This document shows positions 56,184-64,000 of a stretch of 64,000 bases of DNA, in pieces. The DNA comes from the human T2T-CHM13v2.0 reference genome, Homo sapiens. The position numbers and the translations under genes are program-made. Below the pieces are notes generated by a model, which was not told the origin of the DNA, searched no databases, and was given only the letters and a program-made list of their open reading frames with translations. The DNA is taken from assembly GCF_009914755.1 (NCBI RefSeq), contig NC_060926.1. One strand, written 5' to 3'. Every line of letters begins with the position of its first letter. The stretch's first letter is position 1.

Positions 56184-56314
56184 TATCGCCCAGGCTAGAC
56201 TGCAGTGGTGCAATCATAGCTCACTGCAGCCCCAAACCACTGGCCTCAAACGATCGTTCCAACCTTGGCCTCCCAAAGTGCTAGGATTACAAGGGTGAAA
56301 CACCAACCTGGGCC
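56184..56314 (-). mobile_element. tail-less AluJ-derived monomer abutting a MIR fragment (56119-56183)
   Basis: TCGCCCAGGCTAGACTGCAGTGGTGCAATCATAGCTCACTGCAGCC joined to the left-arm CCTCCCAAAGTGCTAGGATTACA. No poly-T. Confidence 0.85.
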
Positions 56315-56431
56315 CCTTGCTTCTTCTAAACTATCAACCTAACCATGTAAAAGGCAGAATCCCTTTGAGAACCTCATATGCCATGCTTCTTCCCATCACA
56401 GGGCCTTTGAATGTACTATCGTAGAAGTCAG

Positions 56432-56620
56432 CAGAGAAAGAAGAGAATCCAGGCTTCAGAGCCAGACAGCTTGAGCTCAATGCCTGGCTTCAGCCTTGCT
56501 GTGTATATGACATACAAGTTACTGAGTTAACCTCTCTGACTCTCATTTCCCATATATGCAAAATAAGCATAATACCCATTTTACAGAGGTGTTGGGAATA
56601 TTCCATGAGAAAATCCATGA
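56432..56620 (+). mobile_element. MIR SINE
   Basis: GGCTTCAGAGCCAGACAGCTTGAG...TTAACCTCTCTGACTCTCATTTCCCATATATGCAAAAT. Confidence 0.75.
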
Positions 56621-57165
56621 TTTACCTTTAGTGGTACTAAGACTTCTAATTGTCTATAACATCTATTGGCTTTAATCGAATGTTATACTAACAATTTTAA
56701 AATAAAACTAATGAAATACTTTCGAAATATTGTGTATTAATTTAGTTTATGACTCTTGAAACAAACTCCAAGTTTTAATGACCAACAAAAGAGATCTTTA
56801 GTGATTAATCCTGAATTTAAAGCAAGATTTCTCTAATTTCAAAGTCCATACATTTTCATCTTGAAATCAACCATATAATTAATAACAAAGATAAGGAGAT
56901 AAAATAAAACAATGGCTTACGGTCTACACATTCTTTTCTGTCTAAGATGGCCCACTTGAAATTATAAGCAATTTAAATTAGAATTTTAAAAGCATATTCT
57001 CAGGTTTTAAAAAATCAGCTGTATTTGCTCCAGTGCTTCTTTATTTACTGAAGGAAGGAGGTCAGTAATTTGGGAGTCATAGAGAAGCTGAAGTGTGTTT
57101 CCTTCTTAATTTTTACATGGGCTGAAATGTTTTCAAGGGCTGGAAGACGGCGTGGTGACAGGAAG

Positions 57166-57348
57166 ACAACGTGGTGTGCAGAGAGAAGATTGAACTGTAC
57201 ATGAAGAAATCTGAGTTCAAACTGCAGTTCCCACCAGCTGGAATCCACAGGGCAAGTCATTTAATTGCTCTGAAGACATAACCGCCTCCTCTCAAAATGA
57301 GGGGTTGGCTTAGCTAACTGCATAGGCTCCTTCCAGCTTTATATTTTG
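57166..57348 (+). mobile_element. MIR3 SINE
   Basis: CTGAGTTCAAA...GGGCAAGTCATTTAA...AAAATGAGGGGTTGG...CCTTCCAGCTTT. Confidence 0.7.
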
Positions 57349-57966
57349 CTGGTCTTGAGAATTGTTAGGGAAGATCACAGTGACTCCAAAAAGAGAAGAT
57401 CAGATCTCCTATCCCATCAAAGAACCTATCTACCGTTTCAGACATTTTAAATGCCAAACCCATACATCTAATAAAAAAGCTTTTTTTCTGAACTCTGGTT
57501 TTTAAAATGTATAACTTCAAGAAAAAGATAAATCTGCGCAAGAAACATATGACACAAATATAATGCATTTTATCAGCATATGTTCCATCCCTAGTGGTCA
57601 CGTTTATTAGAGATTTAGGCTGAGCCAGGGTTGGCTGTGTTCTCAGAAGTACGGGGATGGGTCTTGCAGAACCTCTGCACTCTGGGGTCTCAGGGCAGCT
57701 AGTGCTGAAACGTGACCAGAAAGAGTGAGGACATGAAGAGTGCCATGTCTTGCCCTTAATGACTCTTGGTGGTTTCACCAGAAAGACAGAGGGAAGCGGT
57801 ATTCAGTCTGGAGGAAAGAAGTGGGTCAGTCTCCCCACAGTCGTAACACATGCATCACAGTCCTCTTATGCTTTCATCTGTCAGGAATGGGCCTTCATGT
57901 TGTTGTTACACTTTGACCTAATGAAGAGAAAAATGACTCAGAATAAATGAATCTTCCCACTAATAA

Positions 57967-58140
57967 ATGATTTCTTAATTTCGTGGTGCCATGGGCTTTT
58001 TTGAGAATCTGAGGAATGTGGCTCTTCTTCTCCCACAAAATACACATAAGCACAAAATTGTGCACACAGCTTCAAGGGCTTCCTAGACTCCTTCATGCCC
58101 ATTCTCATTCTTCAGGGGCTAACAGGGAAAGAATCCTTCA
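57967..58140 (+). mobile_element. hAT-Charlie MITE (Charlie4z-like)
   Basis: TTTGAGAATCTGAGGAA...AAAATACACATAAGCACAAAATTGTGCACACAGCTTCAAGGG...GCCCAT. Confidence 0.6.
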
Positions 58141-58454
58141 TCTAAATGAAGGAAAATTAAGAGTTTATGAAAACAGACACAATTTGAGCACATCACAAAT
58201 GTGGTATAAGCCTGTTTTTCCATCAAATATGTCAAGTCTGAAAAAAACCGAAGACATGTCTTAATCAAATTTGTAGTCTCATCAGCATGGTGCCCTGCTC
58301 ATTGGTTACAGTCGACACTTTGAATCATGGTCATTGAGAAAAGACAGAGTGGGCAGGAAGAGAAAGAGGCAAGGAAAAGGAATGATTTAAGGATTTCTGT
58401 AGAAAATGTTATTTCAAAAAAATACTTCTGAGGTTAAAGGGAAGCAGAATAAAA

Positions 58455-58690
58455 GACTTTCTAGTTACCAGTGAAGTCAGAGAGACACAAATATGAATCC
58501 TGCTCCTTCCTCATAGCAGCTAAATGACCTTGGGTAAGTTCCTCTCTGCACCTCAGCTGTTTTCTCTGTGAAATGGGGTTAATAAGAGTATCTACCTCAC
58601 AGGGTTATTGTGAGGCTGGAGGGAGCTAATAGCTGAAAAGCATTTAGCACAGTGCCTGGCATGTAAGAAGTGTTCAGTAAGTGAGGTATT
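58455..58690 (+). mobile_element. MIR SINE
   Basis: TGACCTTGGGTAAGTT..CCTCAG..CTGTGAAATGGGG..TACCTCACAGGGTTATTGTGAGG..GCATTTAGCACAGTGCCTGGCA. Confidence 0.88.
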
Positions 58691-59213
58691 TATCAAGAAT
58701 CAAAGCTGTGGCCTACTTAAGATGGTACTATCTGCAAAAGTGCCAGCCTTAAAAAGGATGTGAAAACTAAACCAATTTAGAAAAAATATCATCCTTTTAA
58801 TATTAGAATTATACATAATTCTGAAAAACTTAAGATTAATTCACAAATCAAAAAAGCTTGAAGAAAGACAAAAAAAGAAATATGGTATTTATCCATAAAT
58901 ATAACATTGTTTCTATTTCCCTAAGAGGGGAATATAAGCAGTAATATTAATATTAAAATGGAGCTCCAAATTAATGGAAAGTATTCATTTCCAGAGATCA
59001 CTAAAAATCAGAGATTAGAATTTCTGAGCTTTGCTCTAGACTATGCATTTTCCTAAACTCACAGCTTAGCCACCCTTTTATTAATTTTTTGTTGTTTTCC
59101 TTACTTGGATGTTTGTGTTTATGTGTTGCATGTCATATTTATATGATGTTTTAAAATCCATTTGATCTAAACAACTCAGAATTCTCTTAAAACTATCAAC
59201 GATGCCATTTATC

Positions 59214-59503
59214 AGCTGGGTATGGTGGCTCATGCCTACAATCCCAGCACTTTGGGAGGTTGAGTGGGAAGGATAGCTTGAGCCCAGGAGTTCAAGACCA
59301 ACCTGGGCAGCAAATGGAGACTCTGTCTCTACAAAAATTTAAATATAAGCTGACTGTGTTGGTGTAGGCCTGTAGTCCCAGCTACTCAGGAGGCTGAGGT
59401 GGGAGGATCACTTGAGCACAGAAGGTTGACGCTGCAATGAACTGTGATCGTGCCACTGCGGTCCAGCCTGGGTGACAGAGTTAAACTCTGTCCCCCTAAA
59501 AAA
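59214..59503 (+). mobile_element. AluJ, full length
   Basis: GGAAGGATAGCTTGAGCCCAGGAG J-type motif. TSD ATG(C/T)CATTTATCA at 59202-59214 and 59504-59516. Confidence 0.93.
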
Positions 59504-59601
59504 ATGTCATTTATCAAATGGCATTTATCAAATTACAAATAATTTTTTGTGCATTTAAAATAGCCCCAAGCAAGCATTACTTCTCACACACCCAGATAAG
59601 C

Positions 59602-59625
59602 AAAAAAAAAAAAAAAAAAAAAAAA
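59602..59625. repeat. A24 mononucleotide run
   Basis: Directly visible. No adjacent element recognised. Confidence 0.9.
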
Positions 59626-59784
59626 GGCATTTCCATGTATGGCTGAATTATTACTCTATGTGTAAATTTGTCTTAACATTAGCCTTATATAAGTATATCT
59701 TTTATTGTAAAAGCTAAAAGATGTTATAAATTATAAAAGCACAAAAACTGCCTGGCACGTCACTAATCTATGGAGTATAAGCTG

Positions 59785-60025
59785 CCATTTTTTGAGTGCC
59801 TAGAATGAGCCAGAATGTGTAGTAGGCACTCTATATAAATTATCTATAATTCTCAAAATAATCATGTAAAGAAAATATTATTAATATTGCCATTTCATAG
59901 ATAAGAAAATTGGGGCTTTAAGAGGTTATGTGACTTGTCAAAGGGCATGAGGCTAGTATATGGCAGAGCTGAGAAATGACTGCAGCTCTGTCTAAACTTC
60001 ACATTCTCATCCTTATCCCATTGCC
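59785..60025 (-). mobile_element. MIR SINE
   Basis: CCATTTTTTGAGTGCCT...CATTTCATAGATAAGAAAATTGGGGCTTTAAGAGGTTATGTGACTTGTC...GTATATGGCAGAGCTG. Confidence 0.8.
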
Positions 60026-63000
60026 TATAATGCAATATTAAATTATTATTCTAAGTAATATCTAATAAACTTTAGACAATCTCAGGTAAAGCATTATAAG
60101 TGGATTTTATCTGGGAATGGGATCACCCATCATACTTTGTATCATATTTTATAACATTTGTATGTCAGTTATTTATATTAAGAACCATATCTTACCTAAG
60201 GCAGCGACTGAGTGTGAATTTTATTTCTGTACAGAGTAGACATCTAAACTCTCACTGAATAAATGAACAAATACTACAGATTTGAAACATGCCATGGATG
60301 ATACATGATTCCTGACACCTCACCTCTTCCACTCCTCACCTACTTTCCCATCTCCCTGGTTAAGAGTGAGTTCAAGGGATGGAGAATGTGGAGACAGTGT
60401 TTGCAGTGAGAAATCCTGAAAAAGGGAGACCATACCAATCACTAGGGCTTCATCATACTACTACTTTTTCCACAGAGACTTCCTTGTCTGCCCCTCCTGT
60501 GATGCCGCCAGTATTCTAATCTCCAAATCTAACATCTGTCCTTATCAATGTGCTAGAGTCAAGTAGACTGGCATACTGAATGTTGCATCCAAAAAAAAAA
60601 AAAAAGTTGGAAAACTCATATTCTAGTTCAGTTTCCAACCAAGACAGACCAAGAACTCACAAACAACTTTTGGCATGCACTAAAATCTGCCCCTTTCTAA
60701 ATAAATTGAAGAAAGGCAGTGATAGGGGAAAGAGCTTTGACAAAGACAGTAAAGAGCTCTATGTATTACAGACAATAGCTTGCCTAAGTATTTGAGGTTG
60801 TAGAGATGGTAGGAATGAAAGATTCAAACCAACAAATTGAAGGGACTCCCCATGACCTAGACTAATAAGCAGTACTGATCCTAAGGTGATGTACGACAAT
60901 TTCAAATTAAATGGTTTTCTGAGCAGACCACTCCTATGTTATTTAAAACAGGGTATATGTGCATTCATAAAGAATCCAAATCTTATCCAAAAGAAGCAAA
61001 AAGCTAAAATAAGGAAACATGAAAAGGTTTTTAAAACCAATGGACGTTGCTTAAGTCAATCTAGAGAATAATTATGCCTAGAAATTGTAACAAGCTATTT
61101 CCTATGGAAATAAATAGATTAATGCTTCGTATTTATCCAGTTTTCTTCTTTTAAAATTCATTCATAGGCGTTCATAGAGAAGGAACTTGCAGTTGTATTG
61201 CAATTTTGAGCCAGTGTGTCATGTGAACAATTCAATTTAGGAATATACTCATTTAGGGAATTAAAAAAGCAGAAGTTAAATTTAACCCAGAAAATTAAGA
61301 ACATTATCTCTGAAATAACATTTTCCAAAGCTAAAAATATGCCATTATGTTTATTGAGAAGTGTTTGATTTCAACCAATGTCTCAAATGGTTACCTTATG
61401 CTTCCCGTGTTATTCATTTTATTGGGAAATGGATGTTCTATTCATTGTCCAAAGGCTTGTTGAGTTCTCTTTCTATAATCCTCAGGAATTCAAAGAAGCC
61501 TGTGAGTCATCAAAACTCATTTCCAAAACTGAGTGTGAAATTTAATTTCCTAGAGATTAGGAAAAATATAGCACATATCTTTGGTCTGTAAAACTCTGGA
61601 TGTAATTTTGGCTATAGGCAAAGAGTGGCTTAAGTGACCTTTGAAGAGGATTTCTATGTGTACTTAGGATTTAGCCTCCAAGAGTCGGCCTACTCAGCCT
61701 CTTTTGAAAAGTATTACTGAGGCAGTCACATTTTAGTCAGTAAAATGATTTTTTTCCGAACAAGTTGACTGCTTTCAGAAGTAGGACGTGGCTTTAAGTT
61801 AACACCAGGATTCTACGTTACTAAGGAGAGGCCTCGATATGTCTGTTGCATCCAGGTGGGCTACTCCCTGTTCTCCAGTCACGTCTGTATCCAGTAAGAG
61901 CTTTCCAACTCTTTGTGGCTTATCTAATACCTCTACGAGAAACCAGGGAGGGTTTTAAAAGCTGGCAGGGCATAACTCTCACTTACGGAAGGTCCACACC
62001 CCAGCCTTATTTTTAAGGCCTTATCTTTGATTTCCTGAAGGGGTGGAGCTCTCACAGCCTTGCTTTTGTGTTCAACTTCTGACTTACTCCTTGTGCACCT
62101 ATAACTTTCTATTGTCAACTGAAATTACTTGGGAATCAAAGGGGTAAATTGTTTTCAGCACTGGATAAAGAAATTTTTGAGAATGAGAACTTTTTCTGGA
62201 AGCATTCTCCTGCCTGCTCAAATTTTGTTCCTCAAATATGTGCTTGCTGTCATAACCATGTCTCTGAGCCTCCTTAGGAGCCAACTCTTGACAGCTAAAG
62301 AAAAAAATGGAGCAAAGAGAGCAATCTTCCTACAGCCCTCGCTGCTGGGGGCCCCACCCTTCTCCATCGTTCAACCTCAAAAACTTGGCCTCATCTGTGA
62401 CCCTCTCCTGTTCTCCGCAGGCTCTCCAAGGCCTGTAGATTTTTCATTATGGAAAATGGCTCTGACCCATTATTAAGCAATTTCCACCTTAACCTCCCTC
62501 CTCTCATGCCTCATTACAACATCGCTAACATCAAGTCCAACATTCTAATATTACAAGTGGAAAAAAAAAATGATCTGAGACTGTGAACTGTGAGAACTGT
62601 CGACTGTGGTAAATTTTAAGCATGTTATAATTCTAGGCCTGAAAACTAAGAGATAACAAAAGAAATGTAATCCACAGATGCCCCCTTCTTTATGCTGCCT
62701 ACCTGCCTTTGTACTCTTTCTCCCAAAGTCATCTTCTGCATATCCTTTTAGAAACTTGTGTCCCATTTTCATTTTCCCAATCCATCCACAATGGCAGCGA
62801 AGCGCTCTACCATCCTTCTACCTGCACACCCTTCAGTAGAGGTAAACCTCTTAAGGAGAGGGAGGCACCAGATTAGAATCTACTTCCTCACTGCCCGGTC
62901 TGTCTTCCTTGGAAAAGGAAAAGGGAAGTAGATATTGAATAAGCGTACCATTTTACCTACAAGGCACACAGTAAGTGGTTGATCCAATCAACACAATGCC

Positions 63001-63084
63001 AGGTTGAACATTATACACAAGTCATTTTATTCTTGTGCAGATGTTTTTATAGGAAAGAGCCCCAGAAATGGGGTTGCAAGTCAA

Positions 63085-63335
63085 ATAATAAATCCACATG
63101 TAATTAGGTTAAATATTTTCAGATCTCCCTCCATATGCGCTATACCACTTTGCATTCTCCCTAGAAATATATGAGTGCCTTTGTTTTCTCCCAACTTTGC
63201 AATGAAGTATGATTTTAAGCTGCTGGATTGTTTTAATCTCATGAAAGAGAAATTGTTTCTTAGTGTGATTTGAATTTGCATTATTATAACTGAGGTGATC
63301 ATATGTTTAAGGGCCATCTGTATTCTCCCTTAAAT
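63085..63335 (-). mobile_element. old L1M ORF2 C-terminal fragment
   Basis: ORF 63081-63317(-) KHMITSVIIMQIQITLRNNF resembles L1 ORF2 KHMKKCSSSLAIREMQIKTTMRYH. Confidence 0.75.
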
Positions 63336-64000
63336 TTCTGCATTTGGCAGAAGGCATTTTGTAATCCAAAGAGCTATTTCTTTACCTTCAAGTCACACTC
63401 CGTGCACAGCCCACCCATCTGCTGACCTATGTAAGAGGTCAATGCTGCTTACACGTGTTTTGGGACTAAATGGGGGTGGTTGTGGCATTTGTGTCAATGG
63501 AGCAAAGGACCTAGAAGGCATCATAATTCACACAGTCAGTCTTTAGTTGATGGCTTGGCAGAAGCTGAATGAAGTGTGTGAAGGTGACTCTACAGAGCAC
63601 AGTAGTAAGGAGGGGTTGCTTCTTCTGTAAGTTTACATCTCATGCTATTTTGGGATATTGCCTGGATGACTTGTCTTCTCCTCTAACATATAATATTCAG
63701 AGTGTTTTAAGTTGTATAAATCTTAAGAAAAGAAAAAGGGAGAAAAGAAAGGGAAATGCTAGGAAAAAGTTCTCACATTTGACAATGTGATTTATAGAAC
63801 TATTTCTAGGCACATCTTATTACATCAAAGTGGCAGTGTTTATTTTTTTACAAATGTGTAATAATAAGGATCTTGACAATGCACCCCTCCCTTTCAGATT
63901 ACCTCTAGAAATATCCCTGGAAAACTTTAAGATGAGGCAATTGTGGCATAAAGAACAGGCATAGAGAAATGCTTTTTGAAGAGTGTTTGACATAAAATTT

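Overview
AT-rich primate (very probably human) genomic DNA that looks intronic or intergenic. I recognise no protein-coding exon, CpG island, tRNA, rRNA or CRISPR array, and I cannot name the locus. The window is dominated by interspersed repeats: about 15 Alu or Alu-monomer copies, old and younger L1 3' ends (L1PA8-like, L1PA16/17-like, L1PB1-like, L1MB/MC/ME), a THE1C solo LTR, hAT-Charlie MITEs (MER5A, MER20), many MIR/L2 relics and microsatellites. The listed ORFs are chance or repeat-derived. I found no evidence of a new gene system. The most unusual signal is structural, at 9.0-12.0 kb, where four events can be reconstructed. (1) A ~116-bp local direct duplication preserves the empty site. 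(2) A twin-primed, 5'-inverted L1PB1 inserted with an 18-bp target-site duplication (TSD). (3) An AluS inserted inside the L1. (4) A 261-bp locally templated inverted copy of the L1/Alu junction created a ~97%-identical long inverted repeat. Also notable are a template-switch hairpin inside a FRAM monomer (~41.0 kb), an L1PA8 with a short 3' transduction (~55.05 kb) and a 3'-deleted AluY-like copy (~34.8 kb). Repeat subfamily names come from remembered consensus sequences read by eye, not from a RepeatMasker run.
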